From Alistipes sp. (GTDB lineage Bacteria; Bacteroidota; Bacteroidia; Bacteroidales; Rikenellaceae): a stretch of 64,000 nt of DNA. The stretch lies in NCBI GenBank assembly GCA_045645625.1, contig JAZRJD010000049.1:13890-77889 (forward strand). Direction: 5' to 3'. Below the pieces are notes generated by a model. The model was given only the letters and a program-made list of their open reading frames with translations. It ran no database searches and was not told the DNA's origin. Position numbers and translations under genes: made by a program. Below, piece by piece: positions 18,806 through 29,242 of this stretch (positions within the stretch are counted from its first letter, which is position 1; each line of letters starts with the position of its first letter).

Positions 18806-19393
18806 TTACTTTGTCACTTTTTCAATCTTCATATACCATGCAATCATCGACTCCTTCGGTATAACGCCCATAATCTCATCGCCGTATGCGAGGTTTGAGG
18901 TCAAATATACCTGCACCGAGTCGGTCTCGTGGCAACCGGGCAGGGAACTCTCTATACCCTTCAATATCTTTGTTGTGCCGAGTTTAATATCCAATGGCTC
19001 ACTCGACCATGCAAGTGTGTTGCCGCTTGTCTTGCCAAGTCTCTCGATAATCTCCGGAATGTTCGAGAGATATATCGCCGAGGTCGATGGCTCCGAGCCG
19101 GTGAAGATGTAGGCGTTGAATCGTATTTGCAGATTGTCACCCCACTCCACAAGAGGTTTATCCTCGCGACCATCATCGTAGTAGTTTACGATGTGACGAT
19201 AGGCGTAACGCCCTATGACGGAGAAGAATGCAGGTTCCTCCTCGATGGTGTTATTCAACTCCTCCTCTGCCACCATACGGCGCGATGAAGTGAGATATTT
19301 CTCGATTTTATCACGCTCGGTAAGCAGGGTATCCTCTTGCTTGCAACCCACCAACAAAGGGAGCAAAAATAGTATGGTTAAAAACTTCTTCAT
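18806..19393 (-). CDS. FKBP-type peptidyl-prolyl isomerase-like lipoprotein
   Basis: Lipobox LLVGC; LG...ILKGIE..L.G, SNLAYG...G.IP; alternative start at 19399. Confidence 0.75.
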   Translation of the reverse strand: MKKFLTILFLLPLLVGCKQEDTLLTERDKIEKYLTSSRRMVAEEELNNTIEEEPAFFSVIGRYAYRHIVNYYDDGREDKPLVEWGDNLQIRFNAYIFTGSEPSTSAIYLSNIPEIIERLGKTSGNTLAWSSEPLDIKLGTTKILKGIESSLPGCHETDSVQVYLTSNLAYGDEIMGVIPKESMIAWYMKIEKVTK

Positions 19394-19407
19394 GGTCATA
19401 AAACGGA

Positions 19408-19415
19408 CAAAGATA
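19408..19415 (-). promoter_or_regulatory. Bacteroidetes sigma-A -7 box for the FKBP-FKBP-rlmI-prmA-dsbD run
   Basis: TATCTTTG on the minus strand (TAnnTTTG consensus). Confidence 0.6.
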
Positions 19416-19460
19416 CGAATTATTACGCAAAAACTATGTTTTTGTTGCCGAAAATTTGTC

Positions 19461-20054
19461 TTACAACTGTTTTAATGCGCTGCGGATAGCATCTTCGACA
19501 CCGAGCGAGGCATCTGCCTTGAATACCTTTTGCAGTACCTTCTCCGATGCCGCCTTTGCAAATCCGAGCATCACCAACGCCGCCAAAGCCTCATCGTAAG
19601 CCTCTGGTTGCTGCGATGCCACAAGTGCATTTGCCGCAGCATCGTGCGATGGCAGGTCGAGCATTTTACCACTCAAATCGACAATGATTTTCTGTGCCGT
19701 TTTCAGTCCCAAGCCCTTGACATTTTTTAGTAATACGGCGTTGCCCGTAGCGATTATATTGCGTAACTCCGAAGATGAGTAGGTCGATTGAATCATTCGT
19801 GCCGTGTTTCCTCCTACGCCCGAAACACTGATAAGTAGGCGGAAGAGGTCGCGCTCCTCCTTCGAAGCAAAGCCATAGAGCATCTCCGCATCCTCGCGCA
19901 CAATGTGATGCACGAAGAGTTTTACCTGCTCCATCTTCTCGATCGTGGAGTAGGTGTTCAGCGAGATATTTATGAAGTAACCGACACCCCCTGCGTCAAC
20001 CACAGCGTATGCAGGTGCCACCTCGGCAAGAGTTCCGTTGATGTATTCGTACAT
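19461..20054 (-). CDS. ruvA: Holliday junction branch migration protein RuvA
   Basis: MYEYING, GVGY, LYGF...ER.LF..LISVSGVG, VKGLG.KTA.KII. Confidence 0.95.
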   Translation of the reverse strand: MYEYINGTLAEVAPAYAVVDAGGVGYFINISLNTYSTIEKMEQVKLFVHHIVREDAEMLYGFASKEERDLFRLLISVSGVGGNTARMIQSTYSSSELRNIIATGNAVLLKNVKGLGLKTAQKIIVDLSGKMLDLPSHDAAANALVASQQPEAYDEALAALVMLGFAKAASEKVLQKVFKADASLGVEDAIRSALKQL

Positions 20055-20175
20055 AGTCCTGTATATATTATTCGTGCGCAAAAATAGTAAAAAGTAGGAA
20101 AATATCGAAATTTCGCGGCATCAATGTTGCGAATTACACTAAAAAAGCCTAATTTTGTGGCGGAGAATGTAGATT

Positions 20176-20439
20176 ATGAGTACGATACTTACAGTGGTAA
20201 TTATTGCCGTTTGCGCAGTGGCGTTTTTTGTATTGGCGATGTCGCTGACACTGGTTTTCAAGGGGCATCATATTGACTCTGAAATATCGACAAACAAGAA
20301 TATGCAGAAACTCGGCATTAAGTGTGCCGTGCAGGAGACTCGTGAGGATATGGCTGCCGAGAGGTGCGAAACCGACTCGCTGTGTAGCGGTAACTGCGCA
20401 GGGTGTGATATTGAACATTCTAATCAAAATGAGAAATAA
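20176..20439 (+). CDS. Small membrane protein with a Cys-rich C-terminus
   Basis: N-terminal TM helix, then KC...RC....LCSGNCAGC; upstream TAATTTTG box at about 20150. Confidence 0.65.
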   Translation: MSTILTVVIIAVCAVAFFVLAMSLTLVFKGHHIDSEISTNKNMQKLGIKCAVQETREDMAAERCETDSLCSGNCAGCDIEHSNQNEK

Positions 20440-20440
20440 T

Positions 20441-21571
20441 ATGAAAAGAGTACTTTTGTTGTTAGTTGTGGCAGTTCTGACTGCCAATGCAGTTGTGGCG
20501 CAAGAGGTGCCAAATCTTCCGAAAGAGTTGCGCTCAGAGGGCTGGAAGGCTGGTCATGTACAGGGAATGGCGGTAGATACAAAGCAGGAATATATCTACC
20601 TCTCTTTTACGACAATGCTTGTAAAGATGAATATGAAAGGTGAAGTTGTAGGCACGGTTACGGGCATTTTAGGACATTTGGGCTGCCTCGATTTTAACGA
20701 TGAAGATGGTCGTGTTTATGGCTCATTGGAGTACAAAGATGACTCTATCGGTAAGAGCATATTGAAACAAGAGGGTTCGACAAAGCAACTCGAAATAGGT
20801 TTCTATGTCGCTATTTTCGATGTAGATAAAATCAATCGCGTAGGTATGAGTGCCGAGCACGATGGTGTTATGACTTCGGTGCTTCTCAAAAGCGTTGTTG
20901 AGGACTATAAGGCTGAGGTTAAGGGCTCGAATGGCGAGGTATTGAAGCATCGTCATGGTTGTAGCGGATTTGACGGCATTTCGTTCGGACCTGCATTTGA
21001 TGGTTCGGGTAAGAATATGCTTACTGTTGCCTATGGTATCTATCGCGATAAAAATCGCACCGATAACGACTATCAGGTGTTGTTGCAGTATGACACCAAG
21101 AAGTGGGCAAAGTATGAGGCTCCACTCTCGCAGGATAATATGCACCAGAGAGGTCCTTCAAAGCCTAATGGCAAGTACTTTGTCTATACGGGCAACACCT
21201 CGTGGGGTGTGCAGAATATGGAGTACGACAAACACAAAAATATATGGTTCCTTGCTTGCTATGCTGGTAGAAAACCTCACTTCCCTAACTACACGCTTTT
21301 CGCGGTAGATGGCTCGAAGAGTGCAGTAAAAGAGCCGTTGCGCGGTGTCGCATACCAGAAGAAGGGCGCAGTGCTGTCACTCGTAGGTCAGAAAGATACA
21401 TCAGATATACGAGGTTGGTACAACAAACTTGGTGAATATGGTACATGCTCGCTCGGCAATGGATATTTCTATTTAGTCGAGGCTATCAGAAATGGCAAGT
21501 TGCGTGGCGCGGTTGTACACCTTGCTCGATATACGGGTGGCGATGATGCAGCCTTCGAGTTGGTAAAATAA
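20441..21571 (+). CDS. Secreted hypothetical protein (probable beta-propeller)
   Basis: Signal peptide; [31 protein letters not shown] repeating blade-like motifs. Confidence 0.65.
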   Translation: MKRVLLLLVVAVLTANAVVAQEVPNLPKELRSEGWKAGHVQGMAVDTKQEYIYLSFTTMLVKMNMKGEVVGTVTGILGHLGCLDFNDEDGRVYGSLEYKDDSIGKSILKQEGSTKQLEIGFYVAIFDVDKINRVGMSAEHDGVMTSVLLKSVVEDYKAEVKGSNGEVLKHRHGCSGFDGISFGPAFDGSGKNMLTVAYGIYRDKNRTDNDYQVLLQYDTKKWAKYEAPLSQDNMHQRGPSKPNGKYFVYTGNTSWGVQNMEYDKHKNIWFLACYAGRKPHFPNYTLFAVDGSKSAVKEPLRGVAYQKKGAVLSLVGQKDTSDIRGWYNKLGEYGTCSLGNGYFYLVEAIRNGKLRGAVVHLARYTGGDDAAFELVK

Positions 21572-21668
21572 AAGAGCCAAAAGAGTCAGATGGGTGTGTT
21601 CAAATTTGTTGGACACACTCTTTTTTATTAACTTTGCGCGATTTTCTACGCAGATAATTTTATCGAAT

Positions 21669-22451
21669 ATGACAACTTTACAAGCAATTATTCTTGGAAT
21701 AGTGCAGGGATTGACGGAGTTCCTGCCCGTATCGAGTAGCGGTCACCTCCAACTCGCAAGAGAGGTTATGGGGGTAAATATCGCCGAGAGCCTTACTTTC
21801 GATATTGCGCTCCACGCCGCTACGGTATTAAGTACTATCGTGATTTTGTGGCACGAGGTGTGGCGACTCGTGAAGGGTTTGTTCTCGCGAACATTCAACG
21901 AGGAGCAGGCGTATATCCTGAAAATCGTAATCTCGATGATACCTATCGGCATTGTGGGCATCTTCTTTATGGACTATATCGAGGAGGCATTCTCCTCTAC
22001 ACTTGTTGTGGGGATAATGCTGCTTGTTACGGCTCTGCTGCTTACATTTGCCTACAAGGCAAAACCTCGACAGAAGGATGCAATCTCATATCGCGATGCC
22101 TTTATTATCGGCTTGGCACAGGCGGTGGCAACCATTCCCGGACTCTCGCGCTCGGGTACAACCATCGCTACGGGATTGTTGCTCGGCAACAAAAAGGAGT
22201 CGGTGGCGCAGTTCTCGTTTTTGATGGTGCTGCCTCCGATTCTCGGAAATGCTCTGCTCGATATTGTGAAGGGCGAGTTTGGCGGTGGAGTAGAGATGCT
22301 GCCGCTTATGGCGGGTTTCGTCACGGCATTTGTGGTTGGCTGCTTGGCTTGTAAGTTTATGATTGAGATTGTCAAACGAGGCAAATTGATTTGGTTTGCC
22401 CTCTACTGCGCTGTGGCAGGTGCTGTGGCGATAATAACACAATTTATTTAG
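21669..22451 (+). CDS. uppP: Undecaprenyl-diphosphate phosphatase
   Basis: [15 protein letters not shown] and [10 protein letters not shown] motifs. Confidence 0.95.
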   Translation: MTTLQAIILGIVQGLTEFLPVSSSGHLQLAREVMGVNIAESLTFDIALHAATVLSTIVILWHEVWRLVKGLFSRTFNEEQAYILKIVISMIPIGIVGIFFMDYIEEAFSSTLVVGIMLLVTALLLTFAYKAKPRQKDAISYRDAFIIGLAQAVATIPGLSRSGTTIATGLLLGNKKESVAQFSFLMVLPPILGNALLDIVKGEFGGGVEMLPLMAGFVTAFVVGCLACKFMIEIVKRGKLIWFALYCAVAGAVAIITQFI

Positions 22452-22457
22452 AGTGTT

Positions 22458-23171
22458 ATGACAGATTTTAAGGATATTAACTTGAAGGAGGAGGGCTATA
22501 TCGCCGTTATCGATAAACCCCTCGAATGGACATCGTCAGATGTAGTGCGCAAGATAAAGTTCCGTCTGAATAAGATGGGCTATCGCAAGATAAAGGTGGG
22601 ACACGCCGGAACACTCGACCCTCTGGCTACGGGTATTCTGTTGGTGTGTATCGGCAAGGCGACCAAGCAGGTCGATGCCCTGCAAGCGGAGCGCAAGGAG
22701 TATGTTGCCGAGTTGATGCTCGGTGCTACAACCCCGAGTTACGATATGGAACACCCTGTGGATAAGACCTATCCTATCGACCATATCACACGCGAGAAGG
22801 TCGAGGCGGCTCTGCTCTCGCTTACGGGAGAGCGCCTGCAAGCACCTCCAATCTACTCGGCGAAGAAGGTCGAAGGACTGCGTGCCTACGAGTTGGCGCG
22901 TGCGGGCGAGCAGGTGGAGTTGCGCAAGGCGTTGATAAATATCTACTCCATAACACTCGAAGAGTACGATTTGCCAAAGATGCGTATCCGCGTGGAGTGC
23001 TCGAAGGGAACATATATCCGCTCGTTGGCGCAGGAGATTGGCGAAGCGTTGGATAGTGGGGCATACCTCACCTCGTTGCGCCGTACCCGAAATGGTCGTT
23101 TTTCGGAGCAAGATGCCGAATTATTGGAGGATTTCTTGAAAAAGTTGCCTCTTGACGAAACAAAAGAGTAA
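22458..23171 (+). CDS. truB: tRNA pseudouridine(55) synthase
   Basis: KVGHAGTLDPLATG, CSKGTYIRSL. Confidence 0.96.
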   Translation: MTDFKDINLKEEGYIAVIDKPLEWTSSDVVRKIKFRLNKMGYRKIKVGHAGTLDPLATGILLVCIGKATKQVDALQAERKEYVAELMLGATTPSYDMEHPVDKTYPIDHITREKVEAALLSLTGERLQAPPIYSAKKVEGLRAYELARAGEQVELRKALINIYSITLEEYDLPKMRIRVECSKGTYIRSLAQEIGEALDSGAYLTSLRRTRNGRFSEQDAELLEDFLKKLPLDETKE

Positions 23172-23248
23172 ATTTTTCGTAGTACTTATGATTTTTGTGT
23201 TTTTTGCACAAAACTGACACGGACGAAATAATACTATAAATATAAAGT

Positions 23249-24298
23249 ATGAAACTCTCAAATTACAATTTCGATTTCAATCCGGAGTTGATTGCCAAAT
23301 ACCCGGAGGTAAATCGTGATGATGCTCGATTGATGGTTGTACACCGCGACACAGGCGAGATTGAGCATAAACTATTCAAGGATATTATCGAATACTTCGA
23401 TGAGGGCGATGTCTTCGTATTGAACGATACGAAGGTATTTCCGGCTCGACTCTATGGCAACAAAGAGAAGACCGGTGCCGAAATCGAGGTTTTTTTGTTG
23501 CGCGAACTCAACCGCGAGTTGAAGTTGTGGGATGTATTGGTAGATCCTGCGCGTAAAATCCGTATCGGTAACAAGTTGTACTTCGGCGAGGACGATATCC
23601 TCGGTGCCGAGGTTATCGACAATACCACCTCGCGTGGTCGTACGCTCCGCTTCCTCTACGATGGTCCGCACGAGGAGTTCAAGGAGGTGCTATACCGCTT
23701 GGGCGAGACTCCGCTACCATCGTGGGTGCGCGAGAAGGTCGAGCCGGAAGATGCCGAGAACTACCAGACAATTTTTGCCGATAAGGAGGGTGCTGTGGTT
23801 GCACCTACCGCAGGTATGCACTTCTCGAAGCACCTCTTGAAGCGAATGGAGATTTTCGGTATCGAAAAGACCTTCGTTACGCTCCATGCGGGTTTGGGCA
23901 ACTTCCGCACCGTAGATGTTGAGGATTTGTCGAAGCACAAGGTAGATTCGGAGCAGTTCTTCGTAACTCCCGAGAGTGCCGAGGTTATCAACAAGGCGAA
24001 GCAGAATAACCACAAGGTGCTGGCTGTTGGAACAACCGTTATGCGAACTCTCGAAACCGTGGTCTCGACTCACGGAATGGTTACACCGCAGGAGGGTTGG
24101 ACTAACAAGTTTATCTTCGCTCCGTACGACTTTACCGTTGCCGATGCTATGGTCTCAAACCTTCACATGCCGGGCTCGACACAACTTATGATGGTGGCTG
24201 CATTTGGCGGTTACAACACCATTATGGACGCCTACAAGGTGGCTGTCGATGAGGGGTATCGTTTCGGAACATACGGCGATGCGATGTTGATTTTGTAG
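23249..24298 (+). CDS. queA: S-adenosylmethionine:tRNA ribosyltransferase-isomerase
   Basis: [16 protein letters not shown]...[24 protein letters not shown]. Confidence 0.95.
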   Translation: MKLSNYNFDFNPELIAKYPEVNRDDARLMVVHRDTGEIEHKLFKDIIEYFDEGDVFVLNDTKVFPARLYGNKEKTGAEIEVFLLRELNRELKLWDVLVDPARKIRIGNKLYFGEDDILGAEVIDNTTSRGRTLRFLYDGPHEEFKEVLYRLGETPLPSWVREKVEPEDAENYQTIFADKEGAVVAPTAGMHFSKHLLKRMEIFGIEKTFVTLHAGLGNFRTVDVEDLSKHKVDSEQFFVTPESAEVINKAKQNNHKVLAVGTTVMRTLETVVSTHGMVTPQEGWTNKFIFAPYDFTVADAMVSNLHMPGSTQLMMVAAFGGYNTIMDAYKVAVDEGYRFGTYGDAMLIL

Positions 24299-24344
24299 AA
24301 AATAATTACTACCTTTGTAGATGAAAATATAAAAAACGAAAGCG

Positions 24345-25154
24345 ATGGCGAACAACAAAATACTGTATATCTGTCAGCAGATAATGCCTTATCTCCCCGA
24401 AAACGAGGAGTCTCGTCTATGCAGACAACTTTCGCAGGCTATGCAGGAGCATGGCAACGAAATTCGTACATTTATGCCTCGCTATGGCTGTGTGAACGAA
24501 AGGCGCAATCAACTACACGAAGTTATTCGACTCTCGGGTATGAACTTGATAATCAACGATAATGACCACCAACTCATTATCAAGGTTTCGTCAATCCCGT
24601 CAGCGCGTATTCAGATATATTTTATCGACAACGATGACTTCTTCGCGCGTAAGGCAGTGCTTACCAACGAGGAGGGCGAGGAGTTCGAGGATAACGATGT
24701 GCGAATGCTCTTCTTTGCGCGCGGCGTACTCGAAACCGTCAAGAAGTTGCAGTGGAAATCGAGCGTGGTACATTGCCACGGCTGGTTCTCGGCAATTGCT
24801 CCGTTGTATCTGCGAAATATGTTTAGTGACGACCCCGTACTTTGTGGATCGAAGATTGTAGTTTCGCTCTACGAGGATAAGTTTAAGAGACCTCTCGATG
24901 CAACACTTGTCGAGAAGTTGAAGAACGAGGGTGTATCGGACAAGAGTCTCGAAAATTTGAGCGATACATCATACGAAAATCTCATGCGCTTCGTTATAGA
25001 TAATGTCGATGGCGTGGTTGCCGGCTCGGAGAGTGCCGACAAAGAGTTACTCGAATATGCCCGTAAGCAGGGCAAGTCGGTGCTCGACTATCAGTCACCG
25101 GAAGACGCTGATTTTTACGATAATTACGATCGCTTTTATGAGGGGCTTTTCTAA
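24345..25154 (+). CDS. Glycogen/starch synthase N-terminal (GT5-like) domain-only protein
   Basis: IRTFMPRYG, DND.R..FFARG.LE, VHCHGW; only 269 aa, no KxGG motif. Confidence 0.8.
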   Translation: MANNKILYICQQIMPYLPENEESRLCRQLSQAMQEHGNEIRTFMPRYGCVNERRNQLHEVIRLSGMNLIINDNDHQLIIKVSSIPSARIQIYFIDNDDFFARKAVLTNEEGEEFEDNDVRMLFFARGVLETVKKLQWKSSVVHCHGWFSAIAPLYLRNMFSDDPVLCGSKIVVSLYEDKFKRPLDATLVEKLKNEGVSDKSLENLSDTSYENLMRFVIDNVDGVVAGSESADKELLEYARKQGKSVLDYQSPEDADFYDNYDRFYEGLF

Positions 25155-26868
25155 TAGATTTTGTATAACCAAATACCTCACTCTGCTCTTGTTGGCTCTC
25201 GTTATGGTGGGCTGCACGATGACTGCGGATACTACTCTCGGCTCGGATATCATGCCGGAGGAGCAGGTTATGGCTATGCGACATCTCAAAATAAGGGGTA
25301 ACCACATAATTCGTATTGACACCTCATCGGGCACAAACGGCGATGTCGATATGGGGGCGCAGGGCAAGAACTTCTTTGAAACCCGCCTCTATCGTACCGA
25401 CTCGTTGCTTGCTTCGAATACGGGTGTGGGCTACATCGGTGTGCGCCGTAGCGATACGCTCGGTGTGCGCACGGCAGGCTTTGCCTCTACGATGCTCTAT
25501 ATGAATGCCATAGACAAGGAGAATGGATTTGGCTACAAACCTATCTTCGACACTATGCACTTGGTGCTTACCATCGACAACTACGGAGGTGATACTCTTG
25601 TCCCTACTCGTTACAAGGTCTACGAATTGACAAAGCCGCTGGTTGGCAATGTGTTGAAGCACGATAAGCGCAGGGGAGAGGACTCGGTGTCGTATATAAA
25701 TTGCGATTTGAGCGGTGTCTACGATAGCGAGAAACCTATCTTCGAATTTACATTCCCAAATAGCGAACTTGGCGAGGGACCTTCGACTCTTATGCTTGCC
25801 TTGGAGACCGTGAAGGGTGCAGATGGTAAAATCTCGGCACAGACTTGGGACTTTGTTCGCCGCCTGATGCTTATCCCCGACAACTATGCAAGTGCCGACT
25901 GGGACGGCTGGGGCAATAGTGGCGTGGAGATATACACCGATGATGAGAAGTGGGTTAGCAACTTCCATGGTTTGTACATAACACCCGATACGGAGTACCC
26001 CGATACGGAGCGCGACTCGCAGGGTGCGATGTATGCACTCGACCTCTCGGCTTCGGGACTGATGTTGCAGGGCAGAAACCGCAATCCGAAAGACCCTTCG
26101 ATGATTAAGGATACGGTGGGTATGTACTACTACTTCTACGATAGCGACTCGAAGTACAACGCCTCTACGAACAAGGTGACACGCAATTATGCGGAGAGCC
26201 TCACGGGTGGAGCCTCGTTGCTGAACTCGGTGGTGATGGAGTGCACCGAGCCTATGGAGGGTCGCACCGAGGTGTCGACCTGCTATGTTGAGGGTATGGG
26301 TGGTCCTACGACTGAGATATTTATCACAGACGACCTTCTCGATGCTATGCTCGACCTCGAAACTTCGGAGAGCGCAACCTACTCGAAGATGGGTATCAAT
26401 CAGTGTGTACTTACGATGTATGTCGATGGAGCCTACTACGACTGGGAGCAGACACAGGGCAACGCATCAGATGCCAAATTTATCGAGATGCTGAACAGGT
26501 CGTTCTCGCGCTTGGGCTCGTACCTCGACTACAATACCTTCTCGCCAGTTGATGACTACGACTATATCTACGAGAACAACTACGACTCGGAGACTATCTA
26601 TGGAGGATACCTCGACCGTAGCCGAGGCTGTTATACGATGAATATAACTGCCTACATACAGCGACTCTTCAACTATGCCAAGCGTGTACGACAGGAGGAC
26701 GGAACATACGCCTTCAACGAGTCGGACGCCGACTATGTGAAGCGTACAATATACATTGGTGCGGAGGCGACATCGCCATACTCCTTTGCCACGAGTGTGT
26801 TGCAGGGTGCAGGAGAGGAAAATGTTGCACCAATACAAGTTGATTTGACATATACATTGATAAAATAG
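25138..26868 (+). CDS. DUF4270-family lipoprotein
   Basis: ATG overlaps the GT5-like stop; lipobox VMVGC; LG..I.P..Q N-terminus; Y.MNIT.YIQ near the C-terminus. Confidence 0.7.
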   Translation: MRGFSNRFCITKYLTLLLLALVMVGCTMTADTTLGSDIMPEEQVMAMRHLKIRGNHIIRIDTSSGTNGDVDMGAQGKNFFETRLYRTDSLLASNTGVGYIGVRRSDTLGVRTAGFASTMLYMNAIDKENGFGYKPIFDTMHLVLTIDNYGGDTLVPTRYKVYELTKPLVGNVLKHDKRRGEDSVSYINCDLSGVYDSEKPIFEFTFPNSELGEGPSTLMLALETVKGADGKISAQTWDFVRRLMLIPDNYASADWDGWGNSGVEIYTDDEKWVSNFHGLYITPDTEYPDTERDSQGAMYALDLSASGLMLQGRNRNPKDPSMIKDTVGMYYYFYDSDSKYNASTNKVTRNYAESLTGGASLLNSVVMECTEPMEGRTEVSTCYVEGMGGPTTEIFITDDLLDAMLDLETSESATYSKMGINQCVLTMYVDGAYYDWEQTQGNASDAKFIEMLNRSFSRLGSYLDYNTFSPVDDYDYIYENNYDSETIYGGYLDRSRGCYTMNITAYIQRLFNYAKRVRQEDGTYAFNESDADYVKRTIYIGAEATSPYSFATSVLQGAGEENVAPIQVDLTYTLIK

Positions 26869-26932
26869 ATGACATACAAGACCTGAGTAGCACTTGGGTT
26901 TTGTTGTGTTGGATTATATACGAAAGATAGAG

Positions 26933-29236
26933 ATGCAAGAGAATTTAGTAATTGTGGAGTCCCCTGCGAAGGCGAAGACCATCGAGAAGTTTTTGGGCAA
27001 GGAGTTTGTCGTTAAATCGAGTTTCGGTCATATCCGCGACCTTCCGAAGAAGGAACTCAGCATTGATATTGCAAATGGTTTTGTTCCGACCTACGAGATT
27101 CCGAAGGAGAAGAGCAAACTCGTTTCGGAGTTGTCGAAGGCTGCCGCTGCTGCAAAGACGGTATGGCTCGCGAGCGATGAGGACCGCGAGGGAGAGGCTA
27201 TTGCCTGGCACCTGACAGAGGTCTTGGGCTTGTCGGTTGCGAACACCAAACGAATTGTATTCCACGAGATTACCAAGAATGCGATTTTGAACGCGATAGA
27301 GAATCCGCGCACCGTGGATATGAATCTTGTAAATGCGCAGCAGGCACGCCGCGTGTTGGACCGTATCGTGGGCTTTGAACTCTCTCCAATCCTCTGGAAG
27401 AAGGTGCGTCCGGCACTCTCGGCTGGTCGTGTGCAGAGCGTTGCGGTACGCCTTATCGTGGAGCGTGAGCGCGAGATTATCAACTTCAAGGATACCTCTT
27501 CGTACCGTGTTGTGGCGCAGTTCTACCCTGTGGGCGATGCCAATAAGACACTCTTCAAAGCGGAGTACTCGGAGCGTTTTGCTACGAAGGAGGAGGCTTT
27601 GGCGATGTTGGAGCGTTGCAAGACAGCAACCTTCACGGTCGAGGGAAGCGAGATGAAACCATCGAAGCGTTATCCTGCACCTCCTTTTACCACCTCTACC
27701 TTGCAGCAGGAGGCTGGTCGTAAGTTCTCGATGTCGGTATCGCAGACAATGTCTATTGCTCAGAAGTTGTACGAGCGAGGTCTTATTACCTATATGCGTA
27801 CCGACTCGGTAAACCTCTCGGATTTGGCGCTGAACTCTTGCAAGAAGGAGATTTGCGAGATGTTTGGCGAGAACTACTCTTCGCGCCGCAACTATACCAC
27901 AAGCAGCAAGGGCGCGCAAGAGGCGCACGAGGCTATTCGCCCTACCTATATCAACAACCACACAATCGAGGGTACGGCAGCCGAGAAGCGACTTTACGAG
28001 TTGATTTGGAAACGCACCGTGGCATCGCAGATGGTGCCTGCCGATGTAAATCGCACCACCATTACAATTACGATGTCGGGTAGCAGCGAGAAGTTTGTGG
28101 CTACGGGCGAGGTTATCACCTTTGACGGCTTCCTGCACCTCTACTCCGAGTCGCACGATGAGGAGCCTGCCGAGCAGAGCGATGCTGCGACACTGCCGGC
28201 ATTGGCAGACGGTACGCTGCTCACTGCTCACACCATTACGGCTACCGAGCGCCATGCACTACCTCCGATGCGATTTAGCGAGCCACTGCTCGTAAAGCGT
28301 TTGGAGGAGTTGGGCATTGGTCGACCTTCGACCTATGCACCTACAATCTCGACAATCATCACTCGTGGATATGTCGAGAAGAACAACAAGCCTGCACAGA
28401 AACGCCCATATACACAACTTATGCTCAAAGGCTCGAATATCACCGAGAAGGTCGCTTCCGAGAACTACGGAGCCGAGAAGAATCGTCTTGCTCCGACCGA
28501 CATAGGTATGGTCGTAAACGACTACTTGGAGCAGAACTTCGGTATCGTTATGGACTACAACTTCACTGCCAAGGCAGAGAAGGAGTTTGACCGTATCGCC
28601 GATGGTGAGCAGGGTTGGAATACGATGATTGGCGAGTTCTACGACTCGTTCCACAACCTTGTTGATAAGGCTATTGCCACTCAGGTAGAGAAAAATTCAC
28701 AGGTGCGTGTTCTCGGCGTAGACCCAAATAGCGGACACGCCGTAAGGGCGCGTATCGGTCGCTTCGGTCCAATGGTCGAGATTGATGGCGGTGATGACGA
28801 GAAGCCACGCTATGCATCACTCAAAAAGGGACAACTTATCGAGGCTATCACCCTCGAAGAGGCTTTGGAGTTGTTTGCTCTGCCTCGCACACTCGGCAAG
28901 TATGGCGAGGAGGATGTCGTGGTCGGCATCGGTAAGTTCGGAGCCTATATCCGCTATGGCAGCAAGAGTTTCGCTTCGCTGACAAAGGGCGATGATCCAT
29001 ACACCATCACCTACGAGCGCGCAGTAGAACTTATCGAGTCGCAGAAGAAGACGGCTACGGCTGCTGCAACTCCGATAAAGATCTTCGCGGAGGATGCGGA
29101 TATGCTTGTGAAGAATGGTCGCTACGGCGCATATATCGCCTACAAGGGCAAGAACTATCGCATTCCGCGTAGCAAGAAGGCTGAATTGCTCTCCTACGAG
29201 GAGTGTATGAACATTGTAAATACGACTAAAAAATAG
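26933..29236 (+). CDS. topA: DNA topoisomerase I
   Basis: LVIVESPAKAKTI, DEDREGE, SAGRVQS, ITYMRTDS, C-terminal Topo_C repeats (G.FG.Y). Confidence 0.97.
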   Translation: MQENLVIVESPAKAKTIEKFLGKEFVVKSSFGHIRDLPKKELSIDIANGFVPTYEIPKEKSKLVSELSKAAAAAKTVWLASDEDREGEAIAWHLTEVLGLSVANTKRIVFHEITKNAILNAIENPRTVDMNLVNAQQARRVLDRIVGFELSPILWKKVRPALSAGRVQSVAVRLIVEREREIINFKDTSSYRVVAQFYPVGDANKTLFKAEYSERFATKEEALAMLERCKTATFTVEGSEMKPSKRYPAPPFTTSTLQQEAGRKFSMSVSQTMSIAQKLYERGLITYMRTDSVNLSDLALNSCKKEICEMFGENYSSRRNYTTSSKGAQEAHEAIRPTYINNHTIEGTAAEKRLYELIWKRTVASQMVPADVNRTTITITMSGSSEKFVATGEVITFDGFLHLYSESHDEEPAEQSDAATLPALADGTLLTAHTITATERHALPPMRFSEPLLVKRLEELGIGRPSTYAPTISTIITRGYVEKNNKPAQKRPYTQLMLKGSNITEKVASENYGAEKNRLAPTDIGMVVNDYLEQNFGIVMDYNFTAKAEKEFDRIADGEQGWNTMIGEFYDSFHNLVDKAIATQVEKNSQVRVLGVDPNSGHAVRARIGRFGPMVEIDGGDDEKPRYASLKKGQLIEAITLEEALELFALPRTLGKYGEEDVVVGIGKFGAYIRYGSKSFASLTKGDDPYTITYERAVELIESQKKTATAAATPIKIFAEDADMLVKNGRYGAYIAYKGKNYRIPRSKKAELLSYEECMNIVNTTKK

Positions 29237-29242
29237 AGAAAA

